Shown in pieces: positions 1 through 10,336 of a stretch of 54,505 nucleotides of DNA. Numbering within the stretch: position 1 is the stretch's first letter; each line of letters begins with the position of its first letter. Source of the stretch: Actinomycetota bacterium (GTDB lineage: Bacteria > Actinomycetota > Humimicrobiia > Humimicrobiales > Humimicrobiaceae); contig JBNJCV010000003.1 of NCBI GenBank assembly GCA_051744245.1, positions 1 through 54,505 of the forward strand. Reading direction: 5' to 3'. The position numbers and the translations under genes were made by a program. The notes beneath the pieces are model-generated. The model did not search any database. It had not been told where the DNA came from and worked only from the letters and a program-made list of their open reading frames with translations.

Positions 1-89
1 AGGATACTAAAAATTACTCCAATAATTGCCACCATTACGATGTCTAGGGTATTCCATCCGTATTCTTTTTTTAGACTTTTATCATTCAT
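1..89 (-). CDS. ECF transporter S component (YkoE-like, thiamine/HMP), N-terminal part; runs off window
   Basis: ATG at 89 with AAGGAGG RBS; reads MNDKSLKKEYGWNTLDIVMVAIIGVIFSI, resembling the W-x-x-x-DI-hydrophobic start of YkoE; downstream of thiN in a TPP-riboswitch operon. Confidence 0.7.
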   Translation of the reverse strand, partial: MNDKSLKKEYGWNTLDIVMVAIIGVIFSI

Positions 90-98
90 GCTTCCTCC

Positions 99-764
99 TT
101 ATATTTCCTTAATAATTAATAATTGTCCACTGGTAATATCTATAAAGGCTTTATTTTGGGTAAAAACATTGCTGATGCCCCTTACCGGGCTAAAGTATAG
201 TTTTTCGTTCTTAAGGTTGTATTTTAAGCCCTCAACTTTTTTAAAATGAGTATACGGGGTAAGCGAAAACAGGGAAATTAATTTGCCTACATCTCCATTA
301 ATTTCAACAGGTTCTTTTATGGCAAAGATTTCGTTTGTTTCGGTCAAAATCCTCACATCTATGCCAGATAGGAAAGGGGAGGATAAGAGAACAATATTTG
401 CAAGACTATGGTCAACCCTGTTTCCAATAGCTCCTATAATTAATATTTCTTTAACCTGGTATTTCAGGGCAGCCTGCAATGCCAGCTGGGTATCAGTTTC
501 ATCCTTTTGGGGCGGTTCACTGATAAATACTGCATCTTTGTTCAGTGATTTAATATTTTTCTGGGTCTTTTGGCTAATACTGTCCATATCGCCTACTACC
601 AGATCCGGGACAAGCTCTAGTTTCAGAGCATTATCTGCGCCACCGTCAGCGCTTACTATAAGGTTATTCTGGCTGAAACCATACCTTGCTATATGCTTTT
701 TAATTATATTAAAGTCTTCTATATTGCCATTGGTAACTACAACTGCTTTTTGGTACCTTTCCAT
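99..764 (-). CDS. thiN: thiamine pyrophosphokinase
   Basis: ADGGA, GDMDS, KDETD and G-R-DH motifs; TPP riboswitch upstream. Confidence 0.93.
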   Translation of the reverse strand: MERYQKAVVVTNGNIEDFNIIKKHIARYGFSQNNLIVSADGGADNALKLELVPDLVVGDMDSISQKTQKNIKSLNKDAVFISEPPQKDETDTQLALQAALKYQVKEILIIGAIGNRVDHSLANIVLLSSPFLSGIDVRILTETNEIFAIKEPVEINGDVGKLISLFSLTPYTHFKKVEGLKYNLKNEKLYFSPVRGISNVFTQNKAFIDITSGQLLIIKEI

Positions 765-780
765 TTTTTCCCCTTTCCAT

Positions 781-812
781 AAAAAAACTGCTAACCCAGC
801 GAAGGTTAGCAG
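781..812 (-). terminator. intrinsic terminator, expression platform of the TPP riboswitch
   Basis: Minus strand reads CTGCTAACC-TTCGCTG-GGTTAGCAG followed by T7, between the aptamer and thiN. Confidence 0.85.
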
Positions 813-822
813 CTATAATTTT

Positions 823-908
823 TGCTTCCCTACGCTAGTATTACCCAGTTCAGGTTAAGGGGTCGATAGCTTTTGCTATCCTCTCAGCTATTTCTAGCTC
901 CCCCAGCT
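823..908 (-). promoter_or_regulatory. TPP riboswitch aptamer
   Basis: Minus strand GGGGAGC..GCTGAGAGG..GACCC..AACCTGAACTGGGTAATACTAGCGTAGGGAAGC matches the THI-box consensus. Confidence 0.95.
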
Positions 909-994
909 TATTTTATTTTCAAAGAATTTTCTTTATAATGTTACAAGTAGGATTATATTACCTTGGAAAAAAAAGTCAAATGGCTGTGATTGCT

Positions 995-2029
995 ATGGAA
1001 CTAACAGAACGTAAAAAAGAAATACTAAAAGAGGTAGTGGTTAACTTTGTTGAAGGTGCTGAACCAGTGTCATCTAAAATGGTGCTGGAAAATTCAGCGC
1101 TTGACATAAGTTCTGCTACCATAAGAAATGAGATGTCTGAGCTTGAAGATATGGGTTATCTGACCCATCCCCATACTTCTGCCGGGAGGATACCTACAGA
1201 TAAAGGTTATAGGTTTTATGTTGATAACCTGATGGATAAAAGTATTGCCAAAAGGGAAGAAGGGGATCTGCCTTCAATAAATTTTGATTTTTCAAAAGAC
1301 CTGGAGATTGAGGCTATTTTGAAAAAAAGCTCTAAAATGCTAGCCCAGTTTACTAATTACCTGTCAATGGTGGTAGCCCCAACTTTAAACCAGAGCAGGT
1401 TTAGGCATATTGAATTACTAAAATTCCAGGATACCAGCTTCCTTATGGTCTTAATTACTGACAGCGGCCGGGTATATAAAAGGCATTTTAGCCTGTCAGG
1501 TTCCTATACTAGTATGGATCTTCAGGGAGTGGCCAATATCCTTAATATGCAGCTAAAGGATAAGCCAATTGTGGACATAGATATGGAATCAGTTGAAGTT
1601 CCCAAAAGCGATGCTTATCTAATAATACTGGTAAAAAAGGTAGTGGAACTTATAAAGGATTATGCCAATGCCGGCATGCAGTATAACAGGATATTCATGC
1701 ATGGGGCCTCTGGGGTTTTAAACCAGCCGGATTTTATTGATCTAGCTAAAATCCGTAAGGTACTTAGGTTTATCGAGAATGAATACCTGCTCATGAAATT
1801 GCTATTGGATTCTTCCAGTAAACGGGAATTTATAATAAAGATTGGGTCTGAAATTTTTGATGAAAGCATAAGTGATCTAAGCTTGATAGCTTCAAAATAC
1901 AAAATACATGACAAATCCTCTGGAGCGATTGGGGTCCTTGGCCCTAAAAGGATGGATTATCCCAAGGTAATCCGTATTTTGGATATCTTTAGGGTAAACC
2001 TTAGCGATTATTTTGGATCAAAATCCTGA
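995..2029 (+). CDS. hrcA: heat-inducible transcription repressor
   Basis: SSATIRNEM..LE..GYL..PHTSAGRIPTDKGYR.YVD and GVLGPKRMDY; start probably MELTERK at 995. Confidence 0.95.
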   Translation: MELTERKKEILKEVVVNFVEGAEPVSSKMVLENSALDISSATIRNEMSELEDMGYLTHPHTSAGRIPTDKGYRFYVDNLMDKSIAKREEGDLPSINFDFSKDLEIEAILKKSSKMLAQFTNYLSMVVAPTLNQSRFRHIELLKFQDTSFLMVLITDSGRVYKRHFSLSGSYTSMDLQGVANILNMQLKDKPIVDIDMESVEVPKSDAYLIILVKKVVELIKDYANAGMQYNRIFMHGASGVLNQPDFIDLAKIRKVLRFIENEYLLMKLLLDSSSKREFIIKIGSEIFDESISDLSLIASKYKIHDKSSGAIGVLGPKRMDYPKVIRILDIFRVNLSDYFGSKS

Positions 2030-2109
2030 ATTTTGAATAATTGCAAAAATTTAGTAAAATGCTATATCGTTCCTAAATTTATAAAGAATTAACTTGAGGT
2101 GGTTTTTAA

Positions 2110-3246
2110 GTGGCTAATAAAAGAGACTATTATGAAGTGCTCGGTGTTTCAAGGGACTGTTCAAAAGCTGAGCTTAAAAAAGCATACAGGAAACTTGCGC
2201 ATAAGTATCATCCTGATGTGAACAGCAATGATCCTGAAGCCGAGGAAAAGTTTAAGGAAATATCTGAGGCTTATGCTGTATTAAGCGATGACCAGAAAAG
2301 GGCGCAATATGATAGGTTTGGTTTTAGCAATAATTTATTTGACGAATCAGACTTTGGCAGCGTATTTTCTGAATTTGGTTTTGGGGATATTTTTGATATG
2401 TTTTTCGGAAGCAGTTTTGGTGGCGGCTTTTCAACCAGGACCAGAAGGCAAAGGCGCAGGCAAGGCTCTGATGTTTCTGCCTCAGTATCCATAGAATTCA
2501 AGGAAGCTGCTTTTGGAGTAAAAAAAGATGTTGAATTCTATGCTGATGAGATATGCGATAAGTGTAATGGCAGCAGAAGCCAGAGCGGAGAAGGGACAGT
2601 TACCTGTACAGCTTGCGGAGGCACAGGGCAAGTTAGGACCCAAAGGCAAACTTTTATAGGAAGCGTAGTTACTGCCTCTACCTGCAAGAATTGTAATGGT
2701 ACCGGCAAGGTGGTAAAAGATCCCTGTAAAAAGTGCGGGGGAAATGGATATTACAGGCAGAAGAAAAAAGTCAGGGTTGACATTCCAGCTGGAATACATA
2801 ATGGGGACAGGCTAAGAGTTACCGGGAAAGGCAATTCCTTAGGCAAGGGCTCAATGAAAGGGGACCTTTATGTGAACGTAAAAGTTAAGCCCTATCCCGG
2901 GATGAGAAGAGATGGTGATAATGTAGTCTCTGATGCAGAGATTTCTTTTGCCCAGGCTGCTCTTGGCTGTAAGCTTAAGGTGGAAACCCTGGATGGTGAA
3001 GAAGAGTTGGTCATAAAACCGGGAACACAGCCTGGAACTAAGAAAATATTTAAAGCTAAAGGTATGGTGCAGCTTAATGGCTACAGGAGGGGTGACCATA
3101 TAGTAAATATTAAGGTAAAAATCCCCACGCGTTTAAGCAAGGAAGAAATAGAATTACTTTCCAGGTATGCTGAAGGCAGGGGAGAGAAAGTCGGCGACGG
3201 AACTAAAAATTTCTTTTCGGGCTTTAAGAATGCCTTCAGGAAATAA
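2110..3246 (+). CDS. dnaJ: chaperone DnaJ
   Basis: J domain with HPD, G/F-rich linker, four CxxCxGxG-type zinc motifs. Confidence 0.97.
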   Translation: MANKRDYYEVLGVSRDCSKAELKKAYRKLAHKYHPDVNSNDPEAEEKFKEISEAYAVLSDDQKRAQYDRFGFSNNLFDESDFGSVFSEFGFGDIFDMFFGSSFGGGFSTRTRRQRRRQGSDVSASVSIEFKEAAFGVKKDVEFYADEICDKCNGSRSQSGEGTVTCTACGGTGQVRTQRQTFIGSVVTASTCKNCNGTGKVVKDPCKKCGGNGYYRQKKKVRVDIPAGIHNGDRLRVTGKGNSLGKGSMKGDLYVNVKVKPYPGMRRDGDNVVSDAEISFAQAALGCKLKVETLDGEEELVIKPGTQPGTKKIFKAKGMVQLNGYRRGDHIVNIKVKIPTRLSKEEIELLSRYAEGRGEKVGDGTKNFFSGFKNAFRK

Positions 3247-3265
3247 ATAATTTTTATACTTTGTC

Positions 3266-3988
3266 ATGAGTTATGCATTTTTTTTTGTAAATCCCAATGA
3301 CATTTCAGGCAACACTATTGTTTTGCGCGGCCAGGATTATAATCACCTGGCTAATGCCCTTAGGGCTAAAACCGGCGACATAGTGGAAGTTTCTGATAAC
3401 TCCTCTTATAGGTATACTTGCAGGATTGCTGAAATCAGGCAAGGGAAAGCAGTGCTGGAAGCCAAAAAGAGGGAAAAAATTAAAAGAATCTCCCCTCAAA
3501 TAACTCTGTTTCAGTGCATAATTAAAAAAAATGCTATGGAGTATTTGATACAGAAGGCAACAGAAATTGGAATAGATAAAATTATTCCCGTGATGAGCAA
3601 GCGGGTGGTGGTTGACAAAAAAATTCTTAGAAAGGCTGAAAGATGGAATAAGATTGCAGAATCTGCATCCAAGCAGAGCGGGAGGAGTATTTCAAGTAAA
3701 GTATTAGCTCCGGTTAGTTTAGAGGATATCCAGCCAGGCGATTATGACTTGTTTTTCATACCATATGAGCAGAAAAAAGAAAGGAACAGTTTTGCCGACG
3801 CATTGAAGCATGAGCAGGCCAGAAACATTGGATACCTTATTGGGCCGGAAGGAGGTTTTGAGACAGGGGAAGTGGACTTATTAATTAAGAAGGGGGCACA
3901 AGCTGTCAGTTTGGGTAAAAATATTTTACGGTCTGAGACTGCGGCCATATATTTTTTATCTGTAATGGATTATTTATTAAAAACATGA
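3266..3988 (+). CDS. rsmE: 16S rRNA m3U1498 methyltransferase
   Basis: QKATEIG, IGPEGGF and LG.NILRSETA motifs; synteny with dnaJ. Confidence 0.95.
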   Translation: MSYAFFFVNPNDISGNTIVLRGQDYNHLANALRAKTGDIVEVSDNSSYRYTCRIAEIRQGKAVLEAKKREKIKRISPQITLFQCIIKKNAMEYLIQKATEIGIDKIIPVMSKRVVVDKKILRKAERWNKIAESASKQSGRSISSKVLAPVSLEDIQPGDYDLFFIPYEQKKERNSFADALKHEQARNIGYLIGPEGGFETGEVDLLIKKGAQAVSLGKNILRSETAAIYFLSVMDYLLKT

Positions 3989-5217
3989 ACAAATTTTCAA
4001 TATATACGCTGGGGTGCAAGGTAAACCAGGCAGAAAGTGATTGGATAGCTTCAGAGTTGTCCGGCAGGGGTTTTGAGCAGGTAGGCTTTGAAGGGGATCC
4101 AGATTTTTGCATTATAAATACCTGTACAGTTACAAAAAAGAGTGACAAAAAGAGCAGACAGGTTATAAGGAAGGCCAACAAAAAGAACTGCAAAGTAATA
4201 GTTACGGGATGTTTTGTGGTTTTTAACCACGATTTTCTGGCAGCTGAAGACGTGGACTGGGTGCCAAACACTGAAAAGAAAAAAATACCAAAAATTATTG
4301 AAGAGGTAGGCAGTTGCAGTCAAGCAGAGGGAACATACAGAAGCCATACAAGGCCTTTGGTAAAAATCCAGGATGGATGCGAACAGTTTTGCAGTTATTG
4401 TATAGTGCCGCTGGTTAGGGGAAAGTATAGGAGCACACCTGCCAGGGCAATTGTAGAGAAGATTAAAAGCATTGATGAAAACGGCTACGGGGAAGCAGTT
4501 CTTACAGGGATACATATAGGAAAATATGGTGCTGAAACAGGTAAGAGTAATGGGCTGGCCAACCTGCTGGAAGATATATTAAAGCAGACCGGAATAAAAA
4601 GAATAAGGCTAAGCTCCATAGAAATTAATGAAATAAGCAGGGAGTTGGTTGATATAGTTAAGGGCAGTAGAAGGGTTGCTCCCCATCTTCATATACCCTT
4701 GCAGAGTGGCAGCGATAGGATACTTAAGCTTATGGAAAGGCCTTACAGCAGCGGGCAGTACGTTGAAAAAATAAGGGAAGTACAGGAAGGCATGGCGCTA
4801 ACTACTGATGTTATGGTGGGTTTTCCAGGGGAAACTGGGGCTGATTTTGAGCAGACATTGGGGATAGCAGAAGAAATTGAATTTTCAAAGCTGCATGTAT
4901 TCCAATACTCACCAAGGAAACAAACAAGGGCATATGGCATGGAAGGACAGGTTCCTGCCGCAGTAAAGAAAGCCCGGAGCAAAAAACTGATATCTGCTGG
5001 TAAAAAGCTAAGGGAAAGATTTTTACAGTCTAATATTGGAAAAATTTTAGATGTAGTGCGTGAAACCCGTCACGGAGATACAGGATGCGGAACTTCGGGG
5101 AATTATATAAAAGTGTTTTTTCCGGTGGAAAAAAACTGGAAGGAAGGCAAGATTATTAAAGTTAGGATAAATTCTATGTATAAAAACGGACTATGGGGAA
5201 AAATGTATAATAGTTAA
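3985..5217 (+). CDS. mtaB: tRNA t6A37 methylthiotransferase
   Basis: TLGCKVNQAES, INTCTVT, radical-SAM CEQFCSYC, HLHIPLQSGSD. Confidence 0.92.
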   Translation: MNKFSIYTLGCKVNQAESDWIASELSGRGFEQVGFEGDPDFCIINTCTVTKKSDKKSRQVIRKANKKNCKVIVTGCFVVFNHDFLAAEDVDWVPNTEKKKIPKIIEEVGSCSQAEGTYRSHTRPLVKIQDGCEQFCSYCIVPLVRGKYRSTPARAIVEKIKSIDENGYGEAVLTGIHIGKYGAETGKSNGLANLLEDILKQTGIKRIRLSSIEINEISRELVDIVKGSRRVAPHLHIPLQSGSDRILKLMERPYSSGQYVEKIREVQEGMALTTDVMVGFPGETGADFEQTLGIAEEIEFSKLHVFQYSPRKQTRAYGMEGQVPAAVKKARSKKLISAGKKLRERFLQSNIGKILDVVRETRHGDTGCGTSGNYIKVFFPVEKNWKEGKIIKVRINSMYKNGLWGKMYNS

Positions 5218-5301
5218 GTATTTAGCAAAAAAGCTATAAAACTTGTAAAATAGGTTAAAAGTTGTATAATCATCGCTTTGACAAAAAATAAAGGGGGAAT
5301 T

Positions 5302-5643
5302 ATGGTTGATTGCCTTTTTTGTAAGATTGCCAATAAAGATATAGAGAGCAAAATTGTATATGAAACTGAAAATGTAGTGGTATTTAAAGATGTAAATCCA
5401 AAAGCTCCTGTCCATTTACTGGCTATACCTAAATTCCATATAAGTTCTATAATGGAAATAAATAAACTGGATAAAAATCTGATAAAAGAATTGATGGAAG
5501 CTATAGCTAAAGTGGCCAAAGATTACGGCCTGGAGAAGGGCTTTAGAGTAGTTACCAATACCGGCAGGGATGCCGGGCAAAGTGTGGAACACCTGCATTT
5601 TCATATCTTAGGCAAAAGGAAATTCAACTGGCCTCCTGGTTAA
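5302..5643 (+). CDS. histidine triad (HIT/HinT) nucleotide-binding protein
   Basis: DCLFCKI start and HLHFH triad; RBS before ATG 5302. Confidence 0.93.
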   Translation: MVDCLFCKIANKDIESKIVYETENVVVFKDVNPKAPVHLLAIPKFHISSIMEINKLDKNLIKELMEAIAKVAKDYGLEKGFRVVTNTGRDAGQSVEHLHFHILGKRKFNWPPG

Positions 5644-5697
5644 TCTATTAATGGTATAATGGTAGAAAGCAAATAATATTTTAGGGGAGGGATTTTT

Positions 5698-6681
5698 TTG
5701 TCTCCTTATAAGCAAAAAATACACCTTGACTTTAGTGGGGACCATTCTATTGCTGACTTACTGGGTCACAAGGACAAGGTAATAAAAAAAATAGAAGATG
5801 AGTATAATGTAGAAATTTTTGTGCTGGGAAATGATGTAGAGGTTTCTGGCAAGAAAAGTTATGTAGAAAAAGTGGTCAAGCTTTTAAAGGACTTAGTCCT
5901 GCAGATAAATCTAGGGCAGCATATAAATAGCCAAAAAATAAATGACTCCATAAATATTCTGGAAGATAAGCCGGATGCAAAACCACATGAAATATTTAAC
6001 AGCCAGATTGTAATTAATGGAGGAAAAAAAATAAAGCCAAGGACTGAGGGCCAGAAAAATTATATTAAAGCCATAAAAAATAATACGGTAGTGTTTGGAA
6101 TTGGGCCTGCAGGAACCGGAAAGACTTATCTTGCCTTGGCCATGGCAGTCAATGCCTTGTGCCAGAATGAAGTTGGAAGGATTATACTGGTAAAGCCGGT
6201 GGTTGAAGCCGGGGAAAAGCTGGGATATCTGCCCGGCGATATATATGACAAGGTAAGCCCCTACCTTAAGCCCCTGTATGATGCCCTGTATGAAATGCTG
6301 GATGTGGAAATATTTCAGCAGTATATGGATATGGGTATTATAGAAGTTGTCCCCTTGGCCTATATGCGGGGAAGGACCCTAAATGATTCCTTTATAATAC
6401 TGGATGAAGCCCAGAATGCTTCACCAGAGCAGATGAAAATGTTTTTAACCAGGTTGGGGTTCAGCTCTAAAGTAGTTATAACCGGTGATATTACCCAGAT
6501 AGACCTTCCCAAGGAAAAAGAGTCCGGACTAGTGCTGGTAAAAGATATACTTGAAGACATAAAGGATATAGCTTTTGTACACCTGACTTCCAAAGATGTA
6601 ATAAGGCATAAGCTGGTGCAAAAGATTGTTGACGCATATAAAAGATATGAGGATGAGGATTCAAAACCTAAAGAACAATGA
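5698..6681 (+). CDS. phoH: PhoH-family ATPase
   Basis: GPAGTGKTYLA, PLAYMRGRTL, DEAQN, GDITQIDLP. Confidence 0.95.
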   Translation: MSPYKQKIHLDFSGDHSIADLLGHKDKVIKKIEDEYNVEIFVLGNDVEVSGKKSYVEKVVKLLKDLVLQINLGQHINSQKINDSINILEDKPDAKPHEIFNSQIVINGGKKIKPRTEGQKNYIKAIKNNTVVFGIGPAGTGKTYLALAMAVNALCQNEVGRIILVKPVVEAGEKLGYLPGDIYDKVSPYLKPLYDALYEMLDVEIFQQYMDMGIIEVVPLAYMRGRTLNDSFIILDEAQNASPEQMKMFLTRLGFSSKVVITGDITQIDLPKEKESGLVLVKDILEDIKDIAFVHLTSKDVIRHKLVQKIVDAYKRYEDEDSKPKEQ

Positions 6682-8846
6682 CAAACAATAAGAAAAAAAG
6701 CGAAGAACTAAAAAAAACAGAGAATAGTAACAGCAAAAGAAAAAGCTGGGCTAAAAAATACCTGTCTTTCAGGAGCCGCAGCGCCCAAAGGCTTTACATC
6801 TTTATTTTAACTCTGGGTTTAATTGTTCCCATGCTCTCTTACAACTATACTCCTGATATTGATATAGAAGTTGGTAAGCCTGCCCCAAGGACTGTAAAGG
6901 CTAATAAGTCATTGGAATTCGAGGATGTAGAGCAAACTGAAGAAAACAGGAATAAAAACGAGGCTGCGGTTGAAGATGTATATGTTTATGATTCTAGTGC
7001 CTTAAGCGGTGAAGAAGGCACTTTATACCAGCTTAGGTATTTCTTTAACTTGGCGGGAATAGTGGCTGACCGGGAGGGAATGATTTTTGAAGAAAGGGTT
7101 GACTATTTTAATAATTTAACTGGCAACAGGTATTCAGAATCAGCAATTTCTTCAGCCTTAAGGCTATCTGGGGAAGAAAGGAAGAACTTAAGCTCCAAAG
7201 CTCAGGAGATTGCAAGAGCAGTAATGGCAGATCCTATTAGGCCCAATGAAATTGATGCAGCAAGGGAAAAAGCTGCTGAAATGGTAAGTGAAGATGAAGA
7301 GATTCCGGTGAACCATAAACCTATGGTATCTTCTATTTTGGAACAAAATATACAGCCCACCGCTGTTTTTAATCCTGTAGCAACCGAAGAGGCAAGGGAA
7401 GAAGCTAGGCTAAATACTCCCCCTACCATGGTTAATATACTTGAAGGCCAAACTATAGTATATGAGGGGGAAATAGTAAATACTAATGACATACTTATCT
7501 TAAATAGACTCGGTTTGCTGGAAAGAGATTTTAATTGGCAGAGGATATTATATATTTTATTTATATGCTTTATATGTCTTTTCTTGTTCGGATTTTATGT
7601 GGCTAGGTATGACAAGAATATTTATGATAATACAAAAAAGCTTTTCTTAATATCTTTAATTCTGGTTATATTTACCGGGATTATAAAAATACTTACCATA
7701 CTTGCTTCAATACATTTGCCTCTATGGAATTACCTTTTTCCAGTTATCGCGGCAGCAATGCTTTGCACTATAATATTTAACCCCCGGCTAGGTATAATGT
7801 TGACCATACTGTTCAGCATTTTTTTGGGAATTGTTACAGATTTTGATTTTGATTTGGCTACAGTCTACTTGCTTGGGGGTATCTTTTCTACTTATCTTGT
7901 ATCAAATATTTCACAGCGTTCAACGGTTATGAAGGCGGGATTTATCAGCTCGCTGGTTCTGGGGTTCCTATTCCTTTCTATAAATTTAATTGGAGGAGAA
8001 GTGCAGACAATTGCCCTATATACCATACTGGGAATTTTAAATGGCATAATTTGTGCAATACTTACCATAGGGCTCCTGCCTTTTATTGAGTCTACTTTCA
8101 ATATTGTTACTGCCATGGGTCTGCTTGAGTTATCGCACACCGACCAGCCATTGCTAAAAGAGCTTCTAATAGCAGCTCCCGGCACTTATAACCATAGCCT
8201 TCTGGTGGGGCATTTGGCTGAAAATGCAGCAAAAGCTATTGGGGCTGATTCACTGTTGGTTAAAGTTGCTGCCCTCTACCATGATTTGGGTAAGATGAAA
8301 AGGCCTGAATATTTTTATGAAAACCAGGCTGACATTGAAAATTTGCATGACAAGCTGAATCCTTCAATGAGCAGGAATATTATTGCAAAGCATATAAAAG
8401 ATGGAGTGGATGTTGCCAGGAAAAACAGGATTCCCAAAAGGGTGATAGACATTATTTCCCAACACCATGGAAATTCGCTTATTACCTATTTCTATGAAAA
8501 ACAAAAGGGCAGGGAATCAGTAAAAGCAAGCAACGGATCAACAAATGGCCTTAAAGGTCATTTCAGGTATCCCAACTTAAAACCACAGAATAAGGAGGCA
8601 GCCATACTTATGCTTGCTGATTCCACAGAAGCAGCAGTTAGATCTATTGACAGCATGACTCCCAAAAAGATAGAGCAAATGGTAAATGACATAATTGAAG
8701 ATAAGATAAAAGATGGCCAGCTTGATGAAGCTGCTATAACTTTAAAAGAAATAAATAAAGTAAAGAGCAGCTTAATTGATGGCCTGATATCTATACACCA
8801 TCCACGGATTGAATATCCTGAATCAAACAAGGAAGGGGGAAAATAG
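6678..8846 (+). CDS. 7TM-HD phosphohydrolase (PgpH-like cyclic-di-AMP phosphodiesterase)
   Basis: Extracellular domain, 7 TM segments, APGTYNHS, YHDLGK, QHHG, MLADS; usual phoH-ybeY neighbour. Confidence 0.88.
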   Translation: MTNNKKKSEELKKTENSNSKRKSWAKKYLSFRSRSAQRLYIFILTLGLIVPMLSYNYTPDIDIEVGKPAPRTVKANKSLEFEDVEQTEENRNKNEAAVEDVYVYDSSALSGEEGTLYQLRYFFNLAGIVADREGMIFEERVDYFNNLTGNRYSESAISSALRLSGEERKNLSSKAQEIARAVMADPIRPNEIDAAREKAAEMVSEDEEIPVNHKPMVSSILEQNIQPTAVFNPVATEEAREEARLNTPPTMVNILEGQTIVYEGEIVNTNDILILNRLGLLERDFNWQRILYILFICFICLFLFGFYVARYDKNIYDNTKKLFLISLILVIFTGIIKILTILASIHLPLWNYLFPVIAAAMLCTIIFNPRLGIMLTILFSIFLGIVTDFDFDLATVYLLGGIFSTYLVSNISQRSTVMKAGFISSLVLGFLFLSINLIGGEVQTIALYTILGILNGIICAILTIGLLPFIESTFNIVTAMGLLELSHTDQPLLKELLIAAPGTYNHSLLVGHLAENAAKAIGADSLLVKVAALYHDLGKMKRPEYFYENQADIENLHDKLNPSMSRNIIAKHIKDGVDVARKNRIPKRVIDIISQHHGNSLITYFYEKQKGRESVKASNGSTNGLKGHFRYPNLKPQNKEAAILMLADSTEAAVRSIDSMTPKKIEQMVNDIIEDKIKDGQLDEAAITLKEINKVKSSLIDGLISIHHPRIEYPESNKEGGK

Positions 8847-8850
8847 CAGG

Positions 8851-9336
8851 GTGAAGGTAACAGTTATTGACAACCAGAGTGAGGTAGATATAGATTTAAG
8901 GCTTGTAGAAGAAGTTTCGGCTTATATTTCTGATAAATTTGACAAGGATGAGAGCTGTCAGGCTAATATTATTTTTACAGGTAAAGAAGAAATAAGGGGA
9001 TTAAACAATAAATACAGGGGAGTAGATAGGGCTACCGATGTCCTTTCCTTTTCTTATTTATATAATAATCCTGAAGAGCAGGAAAAAAAGATTGAACAAT
9101 TTGAAAAACAGCATGACCATCATATAATTGGGGAGATAATAATTTGCCCCCAGGTAGCACAGGAAAATTGTAAGGAGAGAGACAGGTGGAGGCTTGATTT
9201 AGAAATTTCCCTTTTAATTATACATGGCTTTTTACATCTTTATGGTTATGACCATGAGTCTTTAGAAGATAGAGATAAGATGTTTGATATACAGGATTCA
9301 ATGCTGGAGGATGTAAGGTCCAAGTTTAAACTGTAA
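8851..9336 (+). CDS. ybeY: rRNA maturation endoribonuclease YbeY
   Basis: TDVLSF and HGFLHLYGYDH; GTG start at 8851. Confidence 0.93.
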   Translation: MKVTVIDNQSEVDIDLRLVEEVSAYISDKFDKDESCQANIIFTGKEEIRGLNNKYRGVDRATDVLSFSYLYNNPEEQEKKIEQFEKQHDHHIIGEIIICPQVAQENCKERDRWRLDLEISLLIIHGFLHLYGYDHESLEDRDKMFDIQDSMLEDVRSKFKL

Positions 9337-9417
9337 CATTCTTTTTTGTTTCCTAGAACAGGGTTGACATATGTTGTAAAATTTATAATAAGTATATTTT
9401 TTTGCAAAAAATTAGTT

Positions 9418-10317
9418 ATGGGAAAAAAATTTAAATCTGGTTTTGTCGGCCTAATAGGACGGACAAATGTAGGAAAATCAACTTTTATTAATAAAATATT
9501 AAAGCAGAAGGTTGTTATAAGCACGGATAAAAGTCAGACTACCAGAGAAAGGATAAACTGCATTTATAATTCTCACAGTTCCCAAATTATTTTTATTGAT
9601 TGTCCCGGATTCTTTAAACCTAAGGACTTATTGGGAAAAAAATTAAATAAGGTAGTTCAGGACGTAATAAAGGATGCTGATTTGCTTGCAGTTATGGTTG
9701 ACGCAGCTGGGGGAATAGGGAAAGGCGACTATTATGTTATGGAAAGCGTAAAAAAGGTCAGGAAACCAAAATTATTGTTATTAAATAAAATTGACCTGAT
9801 TTCTAAAAAACAGCTGGAATCAGAAATGGAAAAAATAACCGGAATGGATATGTTTAAAAAGGTAATACCAATATCTGCAAAAACAGGGAAGAATTTAAAT
9901 ATATGCCTGGAAAAAATTGAAGTGCTTTTACCGGAAGGGCCTAAATATTTTGGCGATGATATTATTTCAGACCAGCCAGTGGAAAAGCTAGTCTCAGACA
10001 TTGTAAGGGAAAAGCTTGCCCTGAACTTAATGCAGGAGCTTCCCCACAGCATTGGAGTAAAGGTGGCCAGGATGGATGAAGGGGCTACAAAGTCAGGAAA
10101 GAAACTTATAAACATAAGTTGCAATATTTTTGCTGAAAAAAAATCTCAAAAGGCTATAATAATAGGGAAATCAGGCAATATGCTAAAAAAGGTTGGAATG
10201 GAGGCAAGGAAAGAGCTGGAAAATATTTTTGAATGTAAAGTGTATCTCGAGCTTTGGGTAAAGATAGCCAAAAACTGGACTAGAAATGAAGCATTATTAA
10301 AGGAATTAGGGTATTAA
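9418..10317 (+). CDS. era: GTPase Era
   Basis: GRTNVGKS, QTTR, NKID, KH domain IIIGKSG and YLELWVK. Confidence 0.95.
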   Translation: MGKKFKSGFVGLIGRTNVGKSTFINKILKQKVVISTDKSQTTRERINCIYNSHSSQIIFIDCPGFFKPKDLLGKKLNKVVQDVIKDADLLAVMVDAAGGIGKGDYYVMESVKKVRKPKLLLLNKIDLISKKQLESEMEKITGMDMFKKVIPISAKTGKNLNICLEKIEVLLPEGPKYFGDDIISDQPVEKLVSDIVREKLALNLMQELPHSIGVKVARMDEGATKSGKKLINISCNIFAEKKSQKAIIIGKSGNMLKKVGMEARKELENIFECKVYLELWVKIAKNWTRNEALLKELGY

Positions 10318-10336
10318 TTAATTTATAGAAGGTCAG

